From assembly GCA_002269645.1 (NCBI GenBank), contig NIVC01001160.1, positions 127,372 through 191,371 on the forward strand: 64,000 nucleotides of DNA. Direction: 5' to 3'. Source of the DNA: Macrostomum lignano (Eukaryota). Position numbers and translations under genes: made by a program. A model generated the notes under the pieces. That model worked only from the letters and a program-made list of their open reading frames with translations, did not search any database and was not told the origin of the DNA. Below, piece by piece: positions 10,444-22,679 of the stretch. How positions within the stretch are numbered: the first letter of the stretch is position 1; every line of letters begins with the position of its first letter.

Positions 10444-13039
10444 TTTAACTGGAACTGTAACTTCAAGTGAAACTGCAACTGCAACTGCAACTGTAACTGT
10501 AACTGCAACTTCAAGTGCAACTTCAACTGCAACTGCAACTGTAACTGCAACTGTAAATGCAACTGTAACTGCAACTGTAACTGTAACTGCAACTGCAACT
10601 TCAATTGCAACTTCAACTGCAACTTCAAGTGCAAGTGCAACTGCAACTGCAACTGCAACTGTAACTGTAACTGTAACTGTAACTGCAACTTCAAGTGCAA
10701 CTGCAACTGCAACTGTAACTGTAACTGTAACTGCAACTTCAAGTGCAAGTGCAACTGCAACTGCAACTGCAACTGTAACTGTAACTGTAACTGTAACTGC
10801 AACTTCAAGTGCAAGTGCAACTGCAACTGCAACTGCAACTGTAACTGTAACTGCAACTTCAAGTGCAAGTGCAACTGTAACTGCAACTGTAACTGTAACT
10901 GTAACTGCAACTTCAAGTGCAAGTGCAACTGCAACTGCAACTGCAACTGTAACTGCAACTGCAACTGTAACTGTAACTGTAACTTCAAGTGCAACTGCAA
11001 CTGCAACTGCAACTGTAACTGTAACTGCAACTTCAAGTGCAACTGCAACTGCAACTGCAACTGTAACTGTAACTGCAACTGCAACTGTAACTGCAACTTC
11101 AATTGCAACTTCAACTGCAACTGCAACTGTAACTGTAACTGCAACTGCAACTGCAACTGTAACTGTAACTGTAACTTCAAGTGCAACTGCAACTGCAACT
11201 GCAACTGTAACTGTAACTGCAACTGCAACTGCAACTGCAATTGCAACTGTAACTGTAACTGTAACTTCAACTGCAACTGTAACTGCAACTTCAATTGCAA
11301 CTTCAACTGCAACTGCAACTGTAACTGTAACTGCAACTGCAACTGCAACTGTAACTGTAACTGTAACTTCAAGTGCAACTGCAACTGCAACTGCAACTGT
11401 AACTGTAACTGCAACTGCAACTGCAACTGCAATTGCAACTGTAACTGTAACTGTAACTTCAAGTGCAACTGCTACTGCAACTGCAACTGTAACTGTAACT
11501 GCAACTTCAAGTGCAAGTGCAACTGCAACTGCAACTGCAACTGTAACTGTAACTGCAACTTCAAGTGCAAGTGCAACTGCAACTGCAACTGCAACTGTAA
11601 CTGTAACTGTAACTTCAAGTGCAACTGCAACTGCAACTGCAACTGTAACTGTAACTGCAACTTCAAGTGCAACTGCAACTGCAACTGCAACTGTAACTGT
11701 AACTGCAACTTCAAGTGCAAGTGCAACTGCAACTGCAACTGCAACTGTAACTGCAACTGTAACTGTAACTGCAACTGCAACTGCAACTGTAACTGTAACT
11801 GTAACTTCAAGTGCAACTGCAACTGCAACTGCAACTGTAACTGTAACTGCAACTTCAAGTGCAAGTGCAACTGCAACTGCAACTGCAACTGTAACTGTAA
11901 CTGTAACTTCAAGTGCAACTGCAACTGCAACTGCAACTGTAACTGTAACTGCAACTTCAAGTGCAACTGCAACTGCAACTGCAACTGTAACTGTAACTGC
12001 AACTTCAAGTGCAAGTGCAAGTGCAACTGCAACTGCAACTGTAACTGTAACTGCAACTTCAAGTGCAAGTGCAACTGCAACTGCAACTGCAACTGTAACT
12101 GCAACTGTAACTGTAACTGCAACTTCAACTGCAACTGCAACTGTAACTGTAACTTCAAGTGCAACTGCAACTGCAACTGCAACTGTAACTGTAACTGCAA
12201 CTTCAAGTGCAACTGCAACTGCAACTGTAACTGTAACTGCAACTTCAAGTGCAACTGCAACTGCAACTGTAACTGTAACTGTAACTGCAACTGCAACTGT
12301 AACTGCAACTGTAACTGCAACTGTAACTGTAACTGCAACTTCAATTGCAACTTCAACTGCAACTGCAACTGCAACTGTAACTGCAACTGTAAATGCAACT
12401 GCAACTGCAACTGTAACTGTAACTGCAACTGTAACTGTAACTGCAACTGCAACTGTAACTGCAACTGTAACTGTAACTGCAACTTCAATTGCAACTTCAA
12501 CTGCAACTGCAACTGTAACTGTAACTGCAACTGTAACTGTAACTGCAACTGCAACTGTAACTGCAACTGTAACTGTAACTGCAACTTCAATTGCAACTTC
12601 AACTGCAACTGTAACTGTAACTGTAACTGTAACTGCAACTGCAACTGCAACTGTAACTGCAACTGTAACTGCAACTGCAACTGCAACTGCAACTGCAATT
12701 GCAATTGCAACTTCAATTGCAACTTCAACTGCAACTTCAACTGTAACTGTAACTGCAATTGCAATTGCAACTTCAACTGCAACTTCAACTGCAACTGTAA
12801 CTGTAACTGTAACTGTAACTGCAACTGCAACTGCAACTGTAACTGCAACTGTAACTGCAACTGCAACTGCAACTGCAACTGCAATTGCAATTGCAACTTC
12901 AATTGCAACTTCAACTGCAACTGTAACTGCAACTGCAACTGCAACTGCAACTGCAATTGCAATTGCAACTTCAATTGCAACTTCAACTGCAACTGCAACT
13001 GCAACTGTAACTTTAACTGCAACTTCAAGTGCAACTGCA
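10444..13039. repeat. 2.6-kb (ACTGCA/ACTGTA/ACTTCAAGTGCA)n hexamer satellite
   Basis: Direct periodicity; produces the spurious TATATV, VAVAV and LQLQ ORFs. Confidence 0.97.
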
Positions 13040-13073
13040 ATCGCTTCATTCTGCGATCGCATAGAGGCCTGAT

Positions 13074-13282
13074 CAGGGACAACTAAAACACTCGGGACGC
13101 GAAACAAGCCAAATCATGGTGAAAAAAGTTGGGGGCTCGTTTGAAAGCAGTGTCCTATGGCCATCCAACTAGCATGAACTTTCAATGCATGAAAAACTGG
13201 GCGCCCATAGACTTAAACGAGTCCTTAACTTTTTTCACCATGATTTGGCTTGTTCCCGTCCCGAGTTTTTTAGTTGTCCCTG
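13074..13282. mobile_element. hAT-type MITE, 209 bp
   Basis: About 60-bp TIRs beginning CAGGGACAACTAAAA; perfect 8-bp TSD GGCCTGAT at 13066-13073 and 13283-13290. Confidence 0.9.
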
Positions 13283-13627
13283 GGCCTGATTAGAATATGT
13301 GCAAAAAATTACCAAAGAACTGCGCACCTTTCCACACAAGTTTCCACTCCGTATTCTATAGCTGCAGAAGTCCATGGACTGGAGGCGGGAGAGAGCGGCA
13401 CGCACGCAGAGAGAGAGAGAGAGACGGAGCCACAGAACCGCAGGCGCTTATTTCTTGCCGTACACATGCCAGCGCAGTGGGGGGAGGCCGCGGTCAAACG
13501 CCGCTCTCATATAGCCACTAGCATTTAAAGGCAGGCATTTTTAAGCGCCATTAAAGCAAAAAAGCAACAGACCCATTGCAGACTCGAACGAACGTATTAA
13601 AAGCATGCATTCGAATGTTGTGCAGCC

Positions 13628-16600
13628 ATGAGCCAGCATCTGCGCCAAGCCGAAGAGTCCGACATCGAGGCGCACGTCGCCGCTTTCAATGCCAGATGTC
13701 GGTCGGACTCCGAGCGAGTCCAGCTGATCAAAACTGCAAACGGCTTGGCCTGCAGCGGCCAGCTGAGGCTGCACTGGGACGTGTGGGGCTGCCTGGCTCT
13801 GCTGGAGAGCGACGGCTCAAAGCCGCTGAATGGGCACTACGCGTATCTGGGCGATCTGGGCGATCGAGCGTTGGACGGCGCAGCGACAGAGGAGGACAAA
13901 CCCGACCAGGAGCTGCAGGAGGATCAGGTTGCTGAGGATGGCGAGGAGGTCAGCGGATTGTCACTCTTTTATGGTGTATTCTGCCACTCTCTCAGTCTAA
14001 TCTGCCACTCTCTCAGTCCAATCTGCCACTCTCCCAGTCTAATCTGCTACTCTCCCAGTCAAATCTGCCACTCTCCCAGTCTAATCTGCCACTCTCCCAG
14101 TCAAATCTGCCACTCTCTCAGTCCAATCTGCCACTCTCCCAGTCAAATCTGCCACTCTCCCAGTCTAATCTGCCACTCTCCCAGTCTAATCTGCCACTCT
14201 CCCAGTCAAATCTGCCACTCTCTCAGTCTAATCTGCCACTCTCCCAGTCAAATCTGCCACTCTCCCAGTCTAATCTGCCACTCTCCCAGTCTAATCTGCC
14301 ATTCTCCCAGTCTAATCTGCCACTCTCCCAGTCTAATCTGCCACTCTCCCAGTCTAATCTGCCACTCTCCCAGTCTAATCTGCCATTCTCCCAGTCTAAT
14401 CTGCCACTCTCCCAGTCTAATCTGCCACTCTCCCAGTCTAATCTGCCACTCTCCCAGTCTAATCTGCCACTCTCCCAGTCTAATCTGCCATTCTCCCAGT
14501 CTAATCTGCCACTCTCCCAGTCTAATCTGCCACTCTCCCAGTCTAATCTGCCACTCTCACAGTCTAATCTGCCACTCTCCCAGTCTAATCTGCCACTCTC
14601 ACAGTCTAATCTGCCACTCTCCCAGTCTAATCTGCCACTCTCTCAGTCTAATCTGCCACTCTCCCAGTCTAATCTGCTACTCTCCCAGTCAAATCTGCCA
14701 CTCTCTCAGTCTAATCTGCCACTCTCCCAGTCAAATCTGCCACTCTCTCAGTCTAATCTGCTACTCTCTCAGTCTAATCTGCCACTCTCCCAGTCTAATT
14801 TGCCACTCTCTCAGTCTAATCTGCCATTCTCTCAGTTTAATCTGCCATTCTCTCGGTCTAATCTGCCATTCTCTCAGTCTAAGTTGCTCTATCCTCTAAG
14901 TCTACAGTAGTCTACTCTATCCTACATAGTCTACTTTAAGACTACTAGAAGCCACTACACTCTTCACTCTTCACTTTTTTTATCTTACTAGATTCAGCAA
15001 GGCCCATTGTGCCTTACATATTACATTTTAAACTAATCTTTATAATACATGTAGTTCCTAGGCCTCACCCAGCCCAAACTTTCCTTTAGAAATAATAAGT
15101 ATAGCAATCTACATGTGTTTAGCTTTGTAGCTTAGCCTTCTAAACTGAACTTTATATTTGCATCTGAAGTTCTAATTTCAGAATTAAGTGCTGGTATTAT
15201 AAGCAGAGCAGCAGAAACCTCTGGAGCTTGCGTCATGGTCTTTGACAGTGTTGGTCAGTTGTTTTGAAACTAATCAGTGGTCCCTAGAAGGAGTCCAGGA
15301 GCTTGTGACCAAGGCAAAGTTAAAGCAAGGTGTCTCTGGTTCGGTTCGGGTTGAGTGAATTGCGTATTTCCCTGATTCCCTGATTCCCCGATGTCCCTGA
15401 CACCCAGTTTGACGCCTCCTTATACCCAGTTTGACGCCTCCTGACACCCAGTTTGACGCCTCCTTATACCCAGTTTGACGCCTCCTGACACCCAGTTTGA
15501 CGCCTCCTGACACCCAGTTTGACGCCTCCTTATACCCAGTTTGACGCCTCTGACACCCAGTTTGACGCCTCCTTACACCCAGTTTGACGCCTCCTGACAC
15601 CCAGTTTGACGCCTCCTGACACCCAGTTTGACGCCTCCTTATACCCAGTTTGACGCCTCCTTATATCCAGTTTGACGCCTCCTGACACCCAGTTTGACGC
15701 CTCCTGACGCCCAGTTTGACGCCTCCTTATACCCAGTTTGACGCCTCCTTATATCCAGTTTGACGCCTCCTGACACCCAGTTTGACGCCTCCTGACACCC
15801 AGTTTGACGCCCCCTGTGAGACCATATTGAAAGATGGCTGCTGACGCCCGTGTCCACCCGCTCCGCACCGCAGGCTTTCGCTGGCGTCAGACTTCGTCGC
15901 CGACGCAGGCGTCAGAAAATTCCGGCCAATTGGCGCCGCTCGGTGAACGGGCACGCATTCAGGGGGCCGAGCTCGGTGCTGCCGGACGCTGGCCAGAGTG
16001 TGCAGGTGCTGGCGGATATTGGCGACCGGGTGCATCAGGTGAGGCTTCACCGTCATCTTAATTTTCTATCCTAACGATCTCGTAGAACGTTTCGTATGGC
16101 CCTTGAAAATCGGCAACGAACGATTCAAACAACGCGATAAATTATCTAGCAGCTTATCCGGGGTTATGGAGTGATTTGCGCATTCATATATGACCTAAGC
16201 TCGCGCGACATTAAGCTTTAAGGTCATTCAAAATAGTCGGCACAAGAAATAAATGAAGTGGAATATGTTACACCTTTAAGTCACACGCAGACAGATAGCA
16301 TATAAGTCGAATTTAAATAAATGAAATGAATGAAAATAAACAACTGATGAACTCCCAGCAGGTGATTTCAATTAGTAGTGAGCAGGTGTCAGAACCACAC
16401 TATGACGCTCTCAACTCCTTGAAGTGCTGTCCCGTTCAAAATGTCACCATGATAAGAACCGAGCTAAATAGTAATTGCAAGCAACTCATTAGTGACCCTA
16501 GCGACTCTTGTGACTTTTTAACGACTCAAACGACTGAAATGCAACGGAGAGGCGGCTCTAGAGTCTCGAGTGCAACAACGGGAGTTGTAAAATCGTATAA

Positions 16601-17293
16601 GAGTTGCGAAAAGTTCATTCAAGAAGCGTTGTTTTAGCCTTCTACTAACTCAAGTAGACTAAATAGAGTTGTTATTCGAGCGTAATTACGAGATGCGCAA
16701 ACTCGATTTGCGATTCCGATTCATAAATGACGCAGATGCGTTTTGGACGCAACTCAGTAGCTCTGCAGCGGCTCTACGGCCCTAGAGTCACGATAGAAGC
16801 GCCTATAGAGTTGTTTCAAAGTCGCAGACAATAAAAAAGCCTCGAATTGACTCTGCCCAAACTAATATGCCACCGAACGCACTGTGCCCAGGTGATCGGG
16901 CACCTGTTCGCCAAGTATATGATCCGCCAACCGCCCGAGGCTTACTGCATCGCTGTGCTGACCTCCGACGGCTGGGAGTTGACTCTGTCGCCTCTTGACT
17001 GCCCGCTCCGGGTGCGCCTGTCGCTGGGCCCTGACGAGTCCCGGTCGGGGAAGCTGCTGGTCCGCGAGGCCGGCCGCCTCGGTCCCAGGGGCAGCATCCT
17101 GCAGCTGGCCAGCCTGCCCACTCCCATGCTGCACCACCTGCTGGACAGCCTGACCCAGGAGGAGGAGGCGGAGATCGCCGCCACCAAAGCCTGCTTCCGG
17201 TGGGCCAAGGCGGCCATGGAGACGGCGCTGCGGCAGAGGCGAGACGGCTCGACAGTTGCCACTTTGAGGAGAGAGCACGCGTCACACCTGTAG
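13628..17293 (+). CDS. RASSF2/4: Ras association domain family protein (RASSF2/4-like; RA + SARAH domains); exons 13628-13948, 15874-16038, 16892-17293, about 295 aa
   Basis: All junctions are phase 0 GT-AG. Motifs: WRRSVNGHAF (cf. RFSINGHFY), VIGHLFAKY...PLRVRLSLGPDE (RA domain), LPTPMLHHLLDSLTQEEEAEI...F (SARAH). Start codon is uncertain because an acceptor-like TGCAG lies just before the ATG. Confidence 0.85.
13980..14880 (+). repeat. 21-bp minisatellite (TCTAATCTGCCACTCTCCCAG), about 43 copies, in RASSF intron 1
   Basis: Direct periodicity; explains the HSPSLIC tail of ORF 13628-14899. Confidence 0.96.
15398..15812. repeat. 22/23-bp minisatellite (GACACCCAGTTTGACGCCTCCT / TTATACCCAGTTTGACGCCTCC)
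   Basis: Direct periodicity. Confidence 0.95.
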
Positions 17294-17394
17294 ACCTTGG
17301 GTAGAGCAGCGATTTAGGCTATAGTTCATTATTTAATCTTTTTGAAGCGTCTTCTCTGGGTTACACATGCTCGATTTACTTCCTAAAGAGGTGT

Positions 17395-18018
17395 CACGCG
17401 GATTCTCCCTCTCCAAGGTCAGTCATGCTCAGATACCCCCTTCCCCCAGGTCGGTCATGCTCAAATTTTTCCTTTTCCAAGGTCTATCATGCTCAGCTTC
17501 CCCCTTTCCCAAAATCACTCATGCTCAGATTCCCCTTCCTCAAGGTCAGTCATGCTCAGATTCCCCCTTCCCCCAAGGTCAGTCGTGCTCAGATTCCCCC
17601 TTCCCCAAGGTCAGTCATGCTCAGATTCCCCCTTCCCTAAGGTCACTAATTCCCAGATTCCCCCTTCCCCAAGGTCGATCATGCTCAGCTTCCCCCTTTC
17701 CCAAAATCACTCATGCTCAGATTCCCCTTCCTCAAGGTCAGTCATGCTCAGATTCTCCCTTCCCCAAGGTCAGTCATGCTCAGATTCCCCCTTCCCTAGG
17801 GTCACTAATTCTCAGATTCCCCCTTCCTCAAGGTCAGTCATGCTCAGATTCCCCCTTCCCCAAGGTCAGTCATGCTCAGATTCCCTGTTCCCCAAGGTCA
17901 CCCGAGCTCAGATTCCCTGTTCCCCAAGGTCACCCGTGCTCAGATTCTCACTTCCCCAAGGTCACCCGTGCTCAGATTCTCACTTCCCCAAGGTCATCCC
18001 GTGCTCAGATTCTCACTT
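17395..18018. repeat. About 31-33-bp minisatellite (CCAAGGTCAGTCATGCTCAGATTCCCCCTTCC)
   Basis: Direct periodicity 3' of RASSF. Confidence 0.9.
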
Positions 18019-18714
18019 CTTCGAGGACATCAAAGCGTTGATAAGATTGTCACAACTAGCATAAAAATAGATTAAAACATGCACTGCTGCAATACTACTA
18101 CATACAATGACTCAATGCTCCCTTTGAAAGCCTGCTCATCCAAACCCTTACAAAATAAGCCCTCAATTTTTGCTCCCGTAACCGGAAAATACAATTAAAG
18201 ATGGTGAGCAGTTCATCATGTTACCAGAAATATTTTTATCAGGTTTTCAACTCAGCAGGTTTAAATGCCTTCATTAGAGCTCAATCTGAACTTGTCGCAC
18301 AAACTTGCGAGCTGGTTACACTACTGCAAGTAGCAAAATGAGGGACCTGCTTCATTCCAAAACCCAATGATTGTTATCGCACTAGAAATTTCTAAGAAAT
18401 CGCCAATAAATCGGTAAAAATGTGCTCCTGCAGGCTGAATCTGTTTGCTTAACGGATGTTGTAAATAGCTACCCAATATTACTAACGATTATGCTTTACT
18501 ATGGCTTATAAATACATGTAACCATGCAGTCAACTATAATCAATTTTTTTGAAACCAATAAGGCGATATTATTGAACTTGCCTTACTGTATTGGTATTCA
18601 GCCATGAAGTGACGTCACAGAGCTTTTGCGAAAATAACTTTTTTGTCTTGTAGCTTTTCCTGACGTTTGTCAGGTTTAGCGTTTGGGACTTTTTGGCTCT
18701 GTATACGAGCTAGA

Positions 18715-19362
18715 TCTGGGTATGTACGATTTGGGTCTGTAAGATTTGAGTCTGTAAGATTTGAGTCTGTATAGATCTGGGTCTGTAAGGTCTGGGTCTG
18801 TATAGATTTGGGTCTGTAACATTTAAGTCTATAGATTTGGGTCTGTAACATTTAAGTGTATAGATTTGGGTCTGTAACATTTAAGTGTATAGATTTGGGT
18901 CTGTAACATTTAAGTGTATAGATTTGGGTCTGTAAGATTTGGGTCTAGAAGATTTGGGTCTGTAAGATTTGGGTCTTTAAGATTTGAGTCTGTATAGATT
19001 TGGGTCTTTAAGATTTGAGTCTGTATAGATTTGAGTCTGTAAGATTTGAGTCTATAGATCTGGGTCTGTAAGACTTAAGTCTATAGATTCGGGTCTGTAT
19101 AGATTGGGTCTGTATAGATTGGGTCTGTATAGATTCGGGTCTGTATAGATTCGGGTCTGTATAGATTAGGTCTGTATAGATTGGGTCTGTATAGACTGGG
19201 TCTGTATAGATTTGGGTCTGTATAGATTAGGTCTGTATAGATTGGGTCTGTATAGACTGGGTCTGTATAGATTTGGGTCTGTATAGATTCGGGTCTTTAT
19301 AGATTGGGTCTGTATAGATTGGGTCTGTATAGATTCGGGTCTGTATAGATTGGGTCTGTATA
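18715..19362. repeat. 15/16-bp minisatellite (GGGTCTGTATAGATT)
   Basis: Direct periodicity. Confidence 0.93.
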
Positions 19363-19699
19363 TAGACATCGGCAGACACTGCATGATTATTTAAACTTGC
19401 CCAATACGAGCTATGCACTTTCTAACTTTTCCTTCAAGCTGTTCAGGAGCTATTTCAAGTATTTCATATTTGCATTCGCCATTTGCGAGTTATAAATCTT
19501 AAGTGCAGCTTACACACTCTGGCTTACAGGCTCGACAGGAGAACATCTGGAGGGCATCTGATGTGGCAAAAATGCATGCATATGCTTCTGAGGCTTGGTC
19601 AGCTGACTCCAGTTTCGCATATTTGACTGTGATGGATAGAGGCTGCAGAGTGAAGCAGTAATGTCTCCCGTGTATTGATGTAATAACTCGCTCTCATCT

Positions 19700-22165
19700 C
19701 ACTCGCTGCATCTATTCTCTCTCATGCTCCTCTGATCTATTATCTTTCCTGTCTCCCCCTCTCTGATCTATTCTCACTCCTGTCTCTCCCTCTCTGATCT
19801 ATTCTCTCTTCTGTCTCCCCCTCTCTGATCTATTCTCTCTCCGGTCTCTCCCTCTCTGATCTATTCTCTCTTCTGTCTCCCCCTCTCTGATCTATTCTCT
19901 CTCCGGTCTCTCCCTCTCTGAACTATTCTCTTTCCTGTCTCCCCCTCTCTGATCTATTCTCTCTTCTGCCTCTCCCTCTCTGATCTATTATCACTCCTGT
20001 CTCTCCCTCTCTGATCTATTCTCTCTTCTGTCTCCCCCTCTCTGATCTATTCTCTCTCCGGTCTCTCCCTCTCTGATCTATTCTCTCTTCTGTCTCCCCC
20101 TCTCTGATCTATTCTCTCTCCTGTCTCTCCCTCTCTGATCTATTCTCTCTTCTGTCTCCCACTCTCTGATCTATTCTCTCTGAGCTCTCTCCCTCACTCA
20201 CTCTCTTTCTAATCTATTCTCTCTTCTGCCTCTCCCTCTCTGATCTATTCTCACTCCTGTCTCTCCCTCTCGGATCTATTCTCTCTCCTGTCTCTCCCTC
20301 TCTGATCTATTCTCTCTCCGGTCTCTCCCTCTCTGAACTATTCTCTTTCCTGTCTCCCCCTCTCTGAACTATTCTCTTTCCTGCCTCTCCCTCTCTGATC
20401 TATTCTCTCTCCTGTGTCTCCCTCTCTGATCTATTCTCACTCCTGTCTCTCCCTCTCTGATCTATTCTCTCTTCTGTCTCTCCCTCTCTGATCTATTCTC
20501 TCTCCGGTCTCTCCCTCTCTGATCTATTCTCTCCTCTGTCTTCCCCTCTCTGATCTATTCTCTCTCCTGTCTCTCCCTCTCTGATCTATTCTCTTTCCTG
20601 TCTCCCCCTCTCTGATCTATTCTCTCTTCTGCCTCTCCCTCTCTGATCTATTCTCCCTCCTGTCTCTCCCTCTCTGATCTATTCTCTCTCCGGTCTCTCC
20701 CTCTCTGATCTATTCTCTCTTCTGTCTCCCCCTCTCTGATCTATTCTCTCTCCTGTCTCTCCCTCTCTGATCTATTCTCTCTTCTGTCTCCCACTCTCTG
20801 ATCTATTCTCTCTGAGCTCTCTCCCTCACTCACTCTCTTTCTAATCTATTCTCTCTTCTGCCTCTCCCTCTCTGATCTATTCTCTCTCCTGTCTCTCCCT
20901 CTCTGATCTATTCTCTCTCGGGTCTCTCCCTCTCTGAACTATTCTCTTTCCTGTCTCCCCCTCTCTGATCTATTCTCTCTTCTGCCTCTCCCTCTCTGAT
21001 CTATTCTCACTCCTGTCTCTCCCTCTCTGATCTATTCTCTCTTCTGTCTCCCCCTCTCTGATCTATTCTCTCTCCGGTCTCTCCCTCTCTGATCTATTCT
21101 CTCTTCTGTCTTCCCCTCTCTGATCTATTCTCTCTCCTGTGTCTCCCTCTCTGATCTATTCTTTCTCCTGTGTCTCCCTCTGATCTATTCTCTCTCCGGT
21201 CTCTCCCTCTCTGATCTATTCTCTCTTCTGTCTTCCCCTCTCTGATCTATTCTCCCTCCTGTGTCTCCCTCTCTGATCTATTCTCTCTTCTGTCTCCCAC
21301 TCTCTGATCTATTCTCTCTGAGCTCTCTCCCTCACTCTCTTTCTAATCTATTCTCTCTTCTGCCTCTCCCTCTCTGATCTATTCTCACTCCTGTCTCTCC
21401 CTCTCGGATCTATTCTCTCTCCTGTCTCTCCCTCTCTGATCTATTCTTTCTCCGGTCTCTCCCTCTCTGAACTATTCTCTTTCCTGTCTCCCCCTCTCTG
21501 ATCTATTCTCACTCCTGCCTCTCCCTCTCTGATCTATTCTCACTCCTGTTTCTCCCTCTCTGATCTATTCTCTCTTCTGTCTCCCCCTCTCTGATCTATT
21601 CTCTCTCCTGTCTCTCCCTCTCTGATCTATTCTCTCTTCTGTCTTCCCCTCTCTGATCTATTCTCTCTCCTGTGTCTCCCTCTCTGATCTATTCTCTCTC
21701 CTGTGTCTCCCTCTGATCTATTCTCTCTCCTGTGTCTCCCTCTCTGATCTATTCTCTCTCCTGTGTCTCCCTCTCTGATCTATTCTCTCTCCTGTCTCTC
21801 CCTCTCTGATCTATTCTCTCTTCTGTCTTCCCCTCTCTGATCTATTCTCTCTTCTGTCTTCCCCTCTCTGATCTATTCTCTCTCCTGTGTCTCCCTCTCT
21901 GATCTATTCTCTCTTCTGTCTTCCCCTCTCTGATCTATTCTCTCTCCTGTGTCTCCCTCTCTGATCTATTCTCTCTCCTGTCTCTCCCTCTCTGATCTAT
22001 TCTCTCTTCTGTCTTCCCCTCTCTGATCTATTCTCTCTCCTGTGTCTCCCTCTCTGATCTATTCTCTCTCCTGTGTCTCCCTCTGATCTATTCTCTCTCC
22101 TGTGTCTCCCTCTCTGATCTATTCTCTCTCCTGTGTCTCCCTCTCTGATCTATTCTCTCTCCGGT
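19700..22165. repeat. About 31-bp CT-rich satellite (CTCTCTGATCTATTCTCTCTCCTGTCTCTCC), about 2.4 kb
   Basis: Direct periodicity with variant units. Confidence 0.95.
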
Positions 22166-22679
22166 CTCCCATCTCTGTTTATTTATCCTAATGTTGAAAC
22201 GTGAACATCAAAATTGTAGTGGGCAATATGGGATGCTAAAACTTAATACGAAGCAGTTTTCCATCTTTCTAACCAGTTCGTACAGGATAGCTGTGTTTTT
22301 ATCTGCTAGCATTACATAATCAAACGTATTTTTATCTCGAATGGAATGCACACCGAGCGCTAGTATAATTTACCTTTTGCTTCCACTAATGCCATAAAGT
22401 CTCAGAATGCACCAACAACTGGGGGAACTGGGGGAACGCGTTCCAATGTCGATCTGCAGTCACGCAGTATCCAGGGCCCCGGCTGGGGACATTCCCACGG
22501 ATATTTTTCCTTGCACTGCAGGAATGATTGAGGATCTGACCAATGCAACCAAACAAGCGCAAAAGAGGGGATATTTAAACAGGGAACTGTCTCCCCTCCT
22601 ACTGGAGCCTTTGGTGCCAATTCATTCTGGTTCTGCGCAGTTGCAGTGCAGCTCGACCCCCCGCCAGAGAAAAACTGCA

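Noticed and set aside
10271-13072. 933-aa Thr/Ala/Val ORF resembling an ice-binding (TxT) or mucin protein, plus the antisense VAVAV and LQLQ ORFs
   Set aside because: It is a hexamer satellite. Variation falls at codon positions 1-2 with position 3 invariant, the opposite of coding constraint. There is no signal peptide, and the same repeat recurs on the other side of the LINE.
13949-14899. HSPSLIC-repeat C-terminus of ORF 13628-14899 as a Cys/His metal-binding protein
   Set aside because: It is read-through past the RASSF exon 1 donor into an intronic 21-bp array. The spliced RASSF model explains the locus better.
16340-16380. CTGATGA motifs as hammerhead ribozyme cores (also ~2783 and ~57815)
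   Set aside because: No matching GAAA or stem architecture could be built.
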